A DNA stretch of 63,744 bases, the filler included, from Hausera hauseri (lineage: Eukaryota), in assembly GCA_046269625.1 (NCBI GenBank). It is 11 parts of 11 records of this genome, joined end to end, with 100 filler letters (N's around TTAATTAATTAA, not from the genome) between each part and the next. Parts side by side here need not be neighbours in the genome. Positions count along the whole stretch, not along the records: positions 44,210 to 51,963 come from JBJURY010905090.1; positions 52,064 to 56,238 come from JBJURY010719991.1; positions 56,339 to 63,744 come from JBJURY010016788.1; 8 more parts are not named here. One strand, 5' to 3'. Position 1 is the first letter of the stretch; every line of letters begins with the position of its first letter. Below, one piece after another: positions 49,799-62,360 of the stretch. A program made the position numbers and the translations under genes. The notes beneath the pieces were generated by a model that saw only the letters and a list, made by a program, of their open reading frames with translations, was not told the origin of the DNA and did not search any database.

Positions 49799-51963
49799 TT
49801 ACACTAAGCAACATTTATTTGCGTTGTTATTAAATTTGTTGTGGTAATAACATACAAATGACCCTGTTGGTGACGGTGTTCGATTTCTGGAAGCAGAACG
49901 TGTTCGTTGAGGTGCGGAAGTATTCCGTCGATGTAAGGAAAGGTCATTCAGCTTATCATTGATGGTGTTGATTGTGTGTTGTAGTGCCGCATTTTCGGCG
50001 CGTAATTGGTGCAATTGGTGCTCGATATATGTATGTCGTTGATTGTCATCGGTATTAATTGCGGCTGATATGATGGGTTGTGATTGGATTTGTAAGACTT
50101 CGTGTGCTTTATCGGCCAATTCAGCTAGTTTATCTAAAGCTGTAGAATCTTCAAAAACTGTAAGCAAAGCCCTGATTTTAATTGGTAAAGCGTTAAGGAA
50201 ATATCGTCGAAGTAGATCCGGATTATGTTCCTTAGTGACGCCTAGAGTACGTAAGTGAGTCAACGAGGTGCGTAGGAAATTACTAGGTTTTTGTGTCCCC
50301 ATTGCGTTTTTGTTAAAGAAGCGTTGTATTATCGAGTCAATTGGTGGTTCTGACAGTTTTAACACAGCATCGAACAATTGGGTATAAGTGTCAGAGTGGT
50401 GAAAGATGTCCAGTAAGTTATGGATTGAGACTTTTATGGAGTTTGGTAAAATGTAGAATAGATTATGAGCTTTGGTTAACGAGTCTGTAATGCCGTTGAA
50501 TTGAAGCCAGAGTTGATGAAAGTGGAGCCAATTTTTGCTAGAATTTTCATTGTCTGTAAAATATTCAGAGCAATGTGAGGGTGTAATTGTAGGTTTTTTA
50601 TGAGAGGAGTAAGTGTCGGTTGAAGTAAGTGGATGGTTTGATTTTGGGTAGTAAAGAACGGATTTCGTTTTTGTGGTTAGCTTATCTGTGATGTCACTGG
50701 TTGGTGAAGAAATCATACCGCCGCGGATTCTAGGATGGATATGAATACATAGGTAGTAATGTGAAGACATGATGTGTGTGAGGTCAGTTAAAATGAAGCC
50801 ATTGTGAGTCAAGTAGAAATCGCTGAAGGCGGAGATATTATGAATGAGAGCGTATAGTTGTGATGTCTCGATACGTTGTGTGACGTGTACTATCTGTATT
50901 AGATTATTATTAATATAAAAGTAGAGGGGAAAGGATGGTGATATATGGTAAACCGGATAGTGTGGTATATCAATGTAGTCATTCGAAGTTAAGAGGGTTG
51001 CAGTTTTTTTGAAGAATATGTCCGATCTGTGGTCGCCCTATGGTTAATGGATCTATTGCGTTTATAACCGATGTATAATGAAGAAAATCGACAATAACCA
51101 GAAGGGAACTGATTCTGTCCATAGTCAGAAATTCTAGTCAGAAACTCGCTGTGATCAGAAGAATAAATCGGGTCGAATTTGCGAAAACGGGCCTTAATTC
51201 CCCTTTGTCTCATTACAGATTTATCGAATTTTGCAGATGGTTCGGTGTTGAGTTTTGTCGGTTTGTCGAGACAAGATACGGGTGATGTGCGATTAACAAT
51301 GCCACAAAATGACTGGGCTATTTCATTAATTTCTATGTAGTCATCATCGAGCTCACGACTTCCTAAGAGTGTAAAGTACTTCAAAACGTAAAAGCGTAGT
51401 TTTCCAAATTTCCTCAATGAAGTCAGTTTAAATTTCGAAGTAGGCTGATTAACTTTATCAACAGTAGTAGAAATAGAATATACGAAATTTATGATCTGAG
51501 GAATAAAGAAAAGAAGAGGTGTTTTGCTGGTTTGATCTAGAATTCCGAAGTCGGCAGAAGTCATGCCAGAATAATAAAAAGATGTTACCAAAAAACGCTT
51601 TCGTTAGATATTAGTTGCATTTCAAAAATCTAGGGTGATAGAAAACGGACGAAATCATAAAAAATAAAAAGAAAATGAGATAAATAACACTATCCCATAA
51701 TTCTTGCGCTTCGGGCATGTCCTTACGGACAAAACTAAGAGTTTGAATGATCTTAAATCGCCGTTTCGAAAAATTTTGTATGGTACTCATCAGGACCTGA
51801 TAGAGTCTGATTTTCATAACGTTGTCAAGTTGAATACTCAAAATTGTGGTTAAATTAATAACCTCAGATTTATTCATATCTGAAGGGAGTAACCTTAAAA
51901 TGGCGGATATATAGGTTTTAAGAAGGCCTGGTTTATTGAGGTTCGTAAAATTTACCATCGTAT
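49799..51963 (-). mobile_element. Gypsy copy C: leader with hydrophobic segment, ubiquitin-like domain (50717-50930), Gag truncated after the first CHCC knuckle
   Basis: Frame open from about 51000 to 49799: ...DFYLTHNG...IHPRIRGG|MISS...NWLHFHQLWLQFNGITDS...LRRYFLNALP...CYYHNKF. Confidence 0.92.
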
Positions 51964-52063
51964 NNNNNNNNNNNNNNNNNNNNNNNNNNNNNNNNNNNNN
52001 NNNNNNNTTAATTAATTAANNNNNNNNNNNNNNNNNNNNNNNNNNNNNNNNNNNNNNNNNNNN

Positions 52064-55023
52064 CAGCTCTAAAGCACTCTTATGCGGTAGTGAATGTAAA
52101 AAATACTGACGACGAATACTGTTTCATTTACAGTATTCTGACTGTGTTAAAATATGACCAAGTCTCTGGACATAGTGAATATCGTCCAAATCAGTATCAG
52201 CAATATTTTTCCGAATTGGACTTTGATGAATGTTGGATGCCGATGGAACTGAAAACCATTCCGACTTTTGAACGTCGTAACCGGACTCTGTCAATTAACG
52301 GGTTCCGGTACAACACAATCGTAGAAATACCGGCAGACGAAGAGATTTACAAGAACCCCTGTGGACGTAATCTATAGAAGTCGGAACCCGAATGTACGCG
52401 TATAAATTTTTTGCTGTTAGTGAAAAAGGATGGGGAAAAATTCTATTACGTGACCGTGACAAATTTGGGCAGACTGTTGAAAATGGAACATGACCAGTTC
52501 ATCGAAAAGCGTATACGTTGTAAATGGTGTCCTGTATGTCTGCATGGATTCAGGTCGGAAACAACATTGGAGAAACATGTGACACTGCAGACAAAATTCA
52601 TTGGGAACCACAATGTTTGTCATGCCCGTCAAAAAGGAACTGAGGTTCACTGAATGGTCGAAAACAGCCAGTCCGGCATATGTAGTATATTCCGATATCG
52701 AAGCTATCTTCCCATGGCACAACATATATGATCAAAAAGATGTCCAAATCGCCGTCGTTATGTTGTTTGTTTCAATAAAAGCCGCAGGTCAACCACAATA
52801 TTACGTTTTTCATGACTGGAACTGCGAACGTGATTTCCTGTATCAGTTGGAAACAATAGTAGAAACGGAAATCGCACATTGGCACAGTAGAAATAGCAAT
52901 AAACCTTTGATGTGGACAGATGAAGATGAATGCCTGACGTTTACAGTCACAGATGAATGTTATCTGTGCCATAAAATATTACCGTTTGATGCACAGGAAC
53001 GGCTCATACCGGATAATGACCATTTTACCGGTTGATATCTCGGAGCAGCATGCAATTCATGCAATTTGGTAAGTCGTGTGCGGCCATTCCTGTCGGCGAT
53101 TTTTCATAATTTCCGGGGTTATGATTGTTACATATTTTAAAATGGACCATAAACGGATTTCTTCACAGGGAACTATCCATAATTCCGATTACGATGGAGA
53201 AATATCTGTCACTGTCTGCTAGTATTAAACGGTTCCAGGTACGCTTCCTTGATTAATTTCAATTTCTCAATGAATCTCTGACAAAGCTGGTTAGTGTCTT
53301 GCCAGATGTGCCGCTATCATTGACTCAGTTCCCCACACATATTACACAAAGGCATATTCCCGTATGACTTTGCGATATCGTATGAGCGGCTCCAGACAGA
53401 CGAATTACCACCGCAATGTCCCGGTATTAGAGAAGAAGAATATCACAAAGCACAGTCGTTTTGGGCAGAGCTCGGCTACAGAAACCTGTTGGACTACATG
53501 CTTCAGTATCTGAAATTTGACGTGTACCTGTTAGCCGATGTGTTTCAAACATTTCGAGCTATAGAGTTGGCAGAAGATAGACTGGAGCCACTCAACTTTT
53601 ACTCAATACCCGGAATGAGTTGGGCTTCAGCTCTGATGTTATTGGATCGGGATATCGAGCTATTTCAAGACCCGGAAATGTACCGAATGTTTGATGTTGG
53701 TATTGGTGGCGGCATGGCATTTGTCAACAAGCATCACGTAACCAGTGATGATACCACATCACTGTTGTATATCGGCATTAATAACCTGTACGACTGGGCG
53801 CTTTCACAAGCCTTGCCGTACGGTTCATTCGAATGGGTAGTCGACAAACAGGACCTGGACACAATACTGGAAAATCTGCCGAGAGCAGACACGAAAACAG
53901 CAGAAAACAGCTCAATCGTATACCTGATGGAGGTTGATCTTGTGGTACCAGATGAGCGGCATGACTTTCTGGGTGAACTGCCGGTCGCATCACTTAGCCA
54001 ATGTCCGCCGGGTTCGAAGGTGAAGAAGCTGCTTATGACGTATGAGTCCAAGCAAAATTACGTAGTTCATTGGCGTCTGTTGCGATTTTACATTCAGTTA
54101 GGTGTACGCGTCACACGGCTACATCGCGCAATCCGATTTACTCAGGCTCCCATATTCAAGGCGTACATAGATGGAAATTCGGAAAAACGAGCCGCAGCTT
54201 ATACAAAGTTCGAAAAGGACTACTACAAGCTGAAAAACAATTCCCTGTACGGAAAAACAGTAGAGAATCTGAAAAAGTGGCTCAATGTACGACTATGCAA
54301 TAGGGAAAAGCGGTTGGTCACGTACACGAGCAAGGCACATTTCAGGCGGTCAATGCACATTGCCGACGGATTTGTTGCCGTGTTTTTAAACAGAGAAGAA
54401 GTCGTTCTGGACCGGCCAAGTTATATCGGACAAGTGGTATTGGACCTGAGCAAGTTTCGGATGTATGAGCTACAGTATCGCGATTTGGCACGTTACCGGC
54501 AAATGTTCGGCGGCGGCGGCAGGATCAATATAATTGCCGGTGACACGGATAGTTTTTTCTTGTAACTGGAAAACGTCAATCGTGAACAATTACTGCGGCA
54601 AATGATGGCAGACGGATTACTGAACACGTCCAATTACCCACAGAATCATCCATTGTACAATAACGCCATCACAAACAAAATCGGTTGCTTCATGGATGAA
54701 AGTGCAAGTCGGCCTCAGAATCTGGAATGGATATTTCTACGGCCAAAATGTTATAGCCTTTTGACCGACTGTGGACCGAAAATGCGCGCCAAAGGAGTTC
54801 ATTTGGCCCAGACGGAAATAAATTACGGTGATTATTGTCGTGTCTATGAAGAAGAAGGACAAGGACAATGAAAGGCTATTGTGTCTCAAACGATCATCCG
54901 ATCGATTGAGCACCAGCTGTGTGCAATAACTAGTGCGAAAGTTGCTTTATCATGTAACGATGATAAGCGAAAGTGGATGTGCAAAATAAATTTTGGTCGT
55001 ACGGTCATTGGAGATTGAAATAA
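52064..55023 (+). pseudogene. Protein-primed DNA polymerase B (group 2 Polinton type), copy 2, with endonuclease VII-like insert
   Basis: Exo I YSDIE, CYLC...DNDHFTG*YLGAACNSCNL, FHNFRGYD, YLKFDV, motif A (mutated, LYIGINNLY), KLKNNSLYGKT, AGDTDS, FLRPKCYS, DDKR; colinear with copy 1. Confidence 0.95.
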
Positions 55024-56339
55024 ATCACATTTGGTGTTGCTGTTTCTCCGCCATGTGAACTGACAATTTTCGCCATATTTCCTTTGAGAAAAATCGACGA
55101 TGTCTCGGATATTGTTAGTCAACACCAAATCACTGCCCACTTTTCTAATTGTGTCTTCCATTGTATGCAAATCATCGTCGCTTATCTTTTTCACCAATAG
55201 ACCATATTTTACCGGTTTGATTTTGACCGTTTGCGTTAATGGGAATTGAATAGCGTTGCGCAGATAATGCAAGTGGTATCCACTATACAACCGAGAATTT
55301 CTGAGCGAATATTTGCTGTACCTTAGCTTTTTTGAGAGACTAACCTGCTGAATTGTTTTCCAAAGACATTGTTTAAAAAAAGACAAACGTGAAATGAAAT
55401 TGCATCTCTATTTATATCAAATTTGTTCATACCAGTTTGTTTTCGTTGTAAACAATAGATATTTACTTTGTGAGTATTGTCTCATCGCAATGATACAAAT
55501 TACCTCCGTTACTGAAGTCATTCGTATTAAATGTGTGCAATTTCCATTATAGTCTGTTGAAGTTTCCTTTATAATCATCACGCAAAAACAAATGTTCATA
55601 AGATTTTACCCGCTTTTGTTGGTGCACGAAAATCCACTTGTCCATTTTCAAATGCACCAATCGTGTAACATAACAGTTATTAGATACTATTCGGATAGGA
55701 TCAGTTTTGACAAATACCTCGAAATAATACCGCACCATTCACTGAGAATTTTGTAAATTAAAAGTCGGAATTTTCTTTACAAAATGTATATTTTAAACTT
55801 CAAAAATTTTCTTTATTTTCATTTCGCGTTACCGCGCTTTTAAAAAAAAACAAAAAGAAATATATGTATAACTGTACAGTGAAAAGGGGTGAGTCCGGTC
55901 CTCGTTTAAAAAACCCCACACGGTCATAATTTCTTGTTTAATTGTTTTATAATCTCTCGATAGTTGAAAGTTTGGTACCCGAATTTCTTATTTCATCTCC
56001 ATTGTGATAAAGTACTTCAACTTTTGTGTTTCTCATCAATGTTTCTATAAATTGGTTTGATGGTATATCTCCGCAGAATTACAGTTCAAAACTTAGTGAA
56101 GGAAACATTTTTACGACCTTTTACATTTGATAATCGATCAAAGAAGAGAAACAATTTCAGAATAACACCGTACTGTTCATCCAAGAGATTTAAATTATGT
56201 GAAATCAGTGGAAAATCACCAACGATAATTATCAAAGGNNNNNNNNNNNNNNNNNNNNNNNNNNNNNNNNNNNNNNNNNNNNTTAATTAATTAANNNNNN
56301 NNNNNNNNNNNNNNNNNNNNNNNNNNNNNNNNNNNNNNG

Positions 56340-56620
56340 CATTCGTGTTTGGGCTTGTATGTCTGCTCTAAAATCAAAACCCTAATAATAATGCCCACTA
56401 AAATACAACGGCAGCGAGGATACCCTCCACGCCAATACCTGGGGGTCTGTATCTTTTCGTTAACCTAATTGCAGAAAGAAACAACCCACAATATAACTGC
56501 TGCCTGATCTGCTCGATGTCTTCTCATGACCTTTCCGATGACGCCACCTTCCAGACTTGCCCGGTACTCAGTCCGGCCGTGCGGTAAACGGCAAATCCAT
56601 GTCGGCTGCGGGCCGACACA
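56340..56620 (-). mobile_element. GC-rich LTR-like sequence
   Basis: Starts TGT on the minus strand at 56620, with GC-rich composition like the other short LTRs; no partner seen. Confidence 0.3.
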
Positions 56621-58442
56621 ATATAAAATCAATCAAATTCCGGCGCTATATCCCGAGGAGCCGACTTACTGAATACTCCGCGATTTTTGTGTAATAAATA
56701 TTTGTGTAAAATATCGGCCTTATCATCATAGATTGTCGGAGCAGCCAGAGTTCAACCGGCCTGACGTTATCAGACTCTAGCTGCCAGTTACAGGACCAGG
56801 AAGTTCGGCTGTCCATTATTTCGAGGATAGAACGTCGATGAACTGAAACTTTCCCAGTGTTTCAAGTAAGCAATTTCGAACAAATTAAGAATTTCCTTTT
56901 ATAAGACGGATGGACACAATTCTCAACTCGAGAGGAATTATTAAATATTTTTAAATATAATTGTTTTTACTATGCCGAAAATCCACTAACATGCACTATT
57001 CAATGGCTATCCGAAATCGCCAAAATATTTATTGCTGCCGAAAATGGGGATTTTAATTAATTCATAGCCAAATTGAAGTCGTATAATTTTTCTTCAATTT
57101 GCGGTTTGATATGGACAACAAATTATTTTGTTACTAGATGTCGAATTTCTTTTTCATCACATAGAATGATACTGTGTGCGGCATGTTTTAATAATGGGAA
57201 TCACATCGGTCATCAGTAGTGTGAAAATGCCGATTCGTTCTAACCACCACCGGGAGAGGGGGTACCATAACCCTGAATCATCACTATACCGATTTACGAT
57301 AAATCATTAAATCAATCATTTGTTATAGGTGTTGTGATGGAAAGCGTTTCCTTGGAAACGAATAATCGATCAAGCTTGAAAATCGTTAAATAGACTTTTG
57401 TAAAAATCGATAATACACGGTGCACTGATCAATAAATCGATCAAGGGAAGGTGCTAATAGATAATGCTAATTTGTGTGCATCGATTGTGTGCATTGAGCA
57501 GAATGGCTAAAAACGTTGAGTGAATATATTTTGAAAGACATATATATTTTACAAAAACTTCATCGAGAATGGTTATTTAAACATAAAGGAAAATTTGTCT
57601 AATTCATCCCGTAATTTTGGACAAAATGGATAATATTCATGTTATAAATTGCAGGGGTCATGACGTTATTATAGTTAAGATATTAGAAGATTCTGGTGAA
57701 ATTATTTCCAGAAGTAACATTACTGTATCTTCTGATGAACCAATCACCAAATGAGAATCCAAAATTGCAGTATTCAAATGCGAAATCAACAGCCTCCTCA
57801 TGAAAAACGTCAATCAAACTCTTTATCGGGGGAAGCCAGAAAACTCTGTCAATATGTTGCTTAATCAATAAATATTAACTTTTTCTTTTCGTCATTTTTG
57901 TGCAGCATGCTTTCTAGTACTTGTAAAAGCCTTTACATTCGGAATCTCGGAATTCGCCTTTTTTGAAATTCAAAAAATCCGGAATTCAAAAATGCAAATG
58001 CCGGATTTTTCGAATTTGGAAAAACTTTTCCTTGCTGGAGTATCATTTTATTTTGACCATACAAAATGACAGATAATTTTTCATAAAATATATGTCAAAC
58101 TATTCAAGCATGTACATAATCACACTTAAATTGTAAATTCGAATATTAGTAGACGCTGGGATTTTAAACTCCCATTTATTATAACTTACAGATGGTTGAT
58201 AAAAACTTAGTTTCACTAATTATATAACGCAACGTGTATATCAACTGACAAATTTTCAATGGATGTTTCAACGTTCAATAATTTGTAAGGAACAACAATT
58301 TTTTGAATCGCAAGTCCGCAAATGCACAAAAATAATTTCATAATTATTAAAATTAAGAAATTAAATTATGTGGCAATCGATTAAGTCATTATATCAATTT
58401 TATGTTCTAAAAATGTTGTTTATAAAATTATTTTATTAAATC

Positions 58443-58794
58443 CCAAGTGTGACAGATGTATTAGGAGAAAGTTTTATAGACATTTCGAAAGACTGGTCAG
58501 TCATATTAGACTTTAAGTTCTGGATTGGAGAACTCTATGGATTCTAATTACTTATAGACACGACCAAATTCTGGAACTACATACAGAAACTCTAATATCA
58601 ATAGGACTTAACGTTGCCCGTGAAAAAAGGCATCAGTGGAAGGATACATTCTATGTACCTGACATTGTAGTACAAAAAGATAAATACATCTATATTATAG
58701 ATGTCAAATCATCCTTCAACAAATTAGAAAACGTCCTGGCTGTTGCTAAAAACAACTTGATAAAATATACACCCCTAAAATCTATATATAGGAC
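58443..58794 (+). mobile_element. Restriction-like endonuclease domain of an RLE-type non-LTR retrotransposon (R2/NeSL/R4-like); absent from the ORF track
   Basis: CDRC...SHI, then YRHDQIL...YVPDIVVQKDKYIYIIDVK.........A....IKYTPL (RHD, PD..D and KY motifs). Confidence 0.85.
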
Positions 58795-58930
58795 TGTGGT
58801 GCCGCGGTTGCGGGCGCCGCCACTACTGACGACAAGCGTTTGGCGACAAAGTGCCTTTTGGACAGGTGCTCCACTCGTCCTGATTTTAGCCCCATGACTC
58901 TCGTCCGGATGGTAGCCGTCCAAGAATTGA
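58795..58930 (+). mobile_element. LTR fragment interrupting the RLE domain
   Basis: Begins TGTGGTGCC, identical to the start of the element 1 LTR; sharp GC increase. Confidence 0.55.
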
Positions 58931-60360
58931 ACCAAAGTCAGATAGACTTTACAAACTCATTGGCGATCGGTTTCTCAGAGGGATATAAAACGCAAAATAT
59001 TTCTGAGTTAGTGAGAAATACATAACTAATGATTATAAAAGTTATTGCGTCACAATTTTCACGTTCAGAAACTAGAAATAATAAAGTCAATCATAACCGA
59101 AAAGAATCAAGGACATGTCAGTCATGATTCCAATTTCTGAATGATACCAAATCGAACAGTAAAAAGTTTTTTTAGACATTTTAATTCCGAATGTCAATCT
59201 CAGCACATTTGAAACAGCAAACATTTTGCGTTTGACCTTATCTAGCCAGTTTCTCAAATCCAGACAGATGAACATATTTTGTTGAAATTCTTTACGGTTG
59301 ACACATTCCCAGTCAGATTTAGTAACGTTTTTAATTCGATCCTAATACAATTTCTGAATTTGGTTCAATTGTTGGTGATTTAATTGACCTGATCATTTAA
59401 TTCGTGTTGCAACGTTATGTAGTTATTTGCAGTCTGATTGAGTAATTTGAAAGGATTTTCGTTTATCCGTGTCATAACTTTGTATTTTTGCATTAGCTAA
59501 ATTTTTTAATTTCTTATTTATCTATGGTTGTAAACTGTTACGCAATATTCGAAACTAGTTCAGTTTCAGTTTTCAGATCAATTACAAAGAACACTCTAAT
59601 TATCGTATTACATTTGGGAATTAAATCTGGTTTCTTGTCACAGTTCCTTTTTTGGGTTATTATGATGCTCAGTAAATCCCCCACTTATCAAAATGATATG
59701 AAATCCGGAATGTTGCAACCCCGATGTTCTGGGGTAAGTTGCAGTACCCTAGAAAGAAGTAGACATTACAAATTAGAACAAAACGTTGCCAAACGATCGA
59801 AAATATCAGTGCATATTGACCGTATCGAATTTCTACACTTTTCTAACTTACAGAAATCATTTGTGCTCCCATCATTAAGCTTTGTCAAGAAATTTAGGTG
59901 GTGGATATTTTATCTATAACTTTGCGTATTTTTTACTCGTTTGACCTACCCAAAAAATAATCAATTTCACTCAACAAACGAAATATTTTTTTTGAATTAT
60001 TTCTTGAATTGTAAAATTTGTGACAAATTTAACCGTCATATTTTCTAATTGTGCCTGGATGACTCTGTTTCGCAATTTGGCACTTAACAAAAGAAAAAAA
60101 ATATTTTCCGTAATTTCAGGCTCATTGTGTACATAGTAGACGAGTGCAGGAGTGCGTTGTACAGCCGATTTACCCGACAATGGATATTTTGTTTTAATTC
60201 AAAAAAGTTCTTATCGAGATTTTTTTAAACTCCACAATTCACGTGTTTCAAAAAATAAATTTTAGCTATATGGTTTCAATTCTTTTCCTAAAGTTAATTT
60301 TATACAGTGGATTTATTGGAATGATGCAAGCGTTGGATGTCAAATCCCCTTCAATAATTT

Positions 60361-61220
60361 TTGGTGGCAGTGTTTGGAGGAAGGCGGCCTTTTCAGGGGT
60401 GGGTTGGCTCACCCATCTCCCCGGAAGGCGCGAAGGTCACATTAGGCGGCGTCGCCGTCCAAGAAAGGAGTTCGACTTTCGATTCGAATTACCGTATCCC
60501 TAAACGGTCAAAACCGACGGAAACACAGAACCTGGATCACATTTCAGACACTACTATCAAACAAGAACAACCATGCTCTACCCAGCGAGACGCCGCCTCC
60601 CGCGGAAAACGCCGTCGCGACACAGATAAGCGAGTCCCGTACCGGTCCTACTCGGACTTTCTGACGGTACGGGAGCTCCTGCAATGCAGCCGCTTCGTAC
60701 GACACTTGGTCGGGCTGGAGAGAGAGGATCCTTACTCTCTACCTGCAGGAACGCTTCATCGGTTTTACAAGGACGGGGAAAACCGACGTCTCTTTGACTC
60801 GTCGGTTTTCCTGCCGATGTTCCTGAGACTGATGGCGGCAACCGATCGCCTTTACGAATCCGTGGCCCCTTCGGAGAGCCCGTTAATCCCAATGCGTCCA
60901 AGGACTTCGAGACCTGAGATTTCGTCAAAGCCACGTTGCAGATGCCGATTGGATACGACATCCAGAAAACCATCGCTGCCTGGCTCGAGTTCAAACGACA
61001 CTCCAATTTGCGTACATCAAAATCTCCGAACCAGCCAGAAGCTGTCCTCCACGGACGTATCATACGCCTCGGTGGATTCTGCGGGTGATAATGTTGATAG
61101 CAATAAAAATTGTGCCAATTATTCTACCTTCTTCATGCACTATTTCGTGTTCGGTTTGTTTATTCTTTTATCGCCATGACGTTGGGGGTCGGTATGAAGG
61201 TTTCCCATAGGGCAAAGACT
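60361..61220 (+). mobile_element. Gypsy leader fragment (copy E), homologous to the copy D leader; possible tRNA-Leu PBS at 60362
   Basis: SYSDFLTVRELLQCSRFVRHL...RRLFDSSVFLPMFLRLMA versus copy D SYSDYQTVRELLQRSRFVRHL...RRLFDYSVFLPVFISLMA; hydrophobic segment; TGGTGGCAGTG at the start. Confidence 0.75.
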
Positions 61221-61598
61221 CATAAAGTTACTATATACTATAGATATGTCTTCTGGTCACTTCTATACCGAGCAAATCGCCCATATTAAGTCGATTATTT
61301 TGGTTTTCTACGCCCAGTACTTGCGATCTAAATAAAAACCTTTTGAAGTTACCAAGCGTAACCCTTCTGTATTGGGTGGAGGCTACTTCCCTAACCTTCC
61401 GTTACAATACTGCTGGTCACACTACTATCCTATAACTCTTTTGCCGTTACCCACACCTATTGTCCTTCAGCCTCTACCTCAACCGCTGCATTCAAACTGC
61501 AGACGTAGGTCCAAAACAACCAACATGCAATATAAATTTACACAAACGCCCACACCTCGTATGGTAACCACGGCAACACAAACTAATAGTTGAAACGT

Positions 61599-62360
61599 CA
61601 AGCAAGTTACGGACAAAGCTACACGTAAAAATAAAGACCAACAGAAATCACTCTACTCAGTCATTGACTGGACTTCCCACCTGTTATGCGCTTGGATTTC
61701 CTTCCCGCTTACCAAACTTAGACGAAGAAAGGGCATCCCTCAGAAACAATATAACTGAAATAAAATCAAATCTACAAGAACATAGGCATACGCGATTATT
61801 CAAAATAAAAATAATCAACAAAAAACACTGTAAGGTTTCACCTCACAACAAAATTCAAAAATAATAATTTAACCAATTATACTGATTCGTCTGCAACAAT
61901 GTAATTACTTGAAACACAAAATTTTCAAAAAAACGTAAATTTTTAATTTAAAATCTAATTTTACAAAATGCTGAAGTAAAATTTTCTAATACCAACAAAA
62001 TTTAAAAATCTCGAAATTTAAATCTCTAAAACATCTAAATACAAATAAATATCACAATAAAAAATCACGGACTCACTAAAAAAATCGAAAATCAAATAAA
62101 AAACTAAACAAGCAAGTTACGGACAAAGCTACACGTAAAAATAAAGACCAGCAGAAATCACTCCAGTCAGTTTTTGACTGGACTTCCCACCTGTTATGTT
62201 TCCTTAATTATAGCACATGCGCTTGGATTTCCTTCCCGCTTACCAAACTTAGAGGAAGAAAGGGCATCCCTCAGAAACAATATAGCTGAAATAAAATCAA
62301 AGCCACAAGAACATAGGCATACGCGATTATTCAAAATAGGAATAATCAACAAAAAGCACA
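61599..62360 (+). repeat. Direct duplication of about 230-250 bp (61599-61830 and 62109-62360) overlapping an unidentified decayed ORF (62174-62596)
   Basis: Both copies start CAAGCAAGTTACGGACAAAGCTACACG and encode ALGFPSRLPNL.EERASLRNNI.EIKS. Confidence 0.85.

Noticed and set aside
51003-51011. A7 run as a programmed -1 frameshift in the copy C leader
   Set aside because: A homopolymer indel in a decayed copy is simpler, and copy B reads through its shorter version of this region in one frame.
55040-56238. Minus-strand ORFs, including IIIVGDF resembling an APE endonuclease motif
   Set aside because: A single short motif with no supporting neighbouring motifs.
11450-56338. Regularly recurring TTAATTAATTAA palindrome
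   Set aside because: Always embedded in identical N runs: an assembly linker, not a biological repeat or CRISPR array.
57966-58017. 17-bp inverted-repeat hairpin as a terminator or ncRNA
   Set aside because: Eukaryotic context; most likely a MITE remnant, with no evidence of function.
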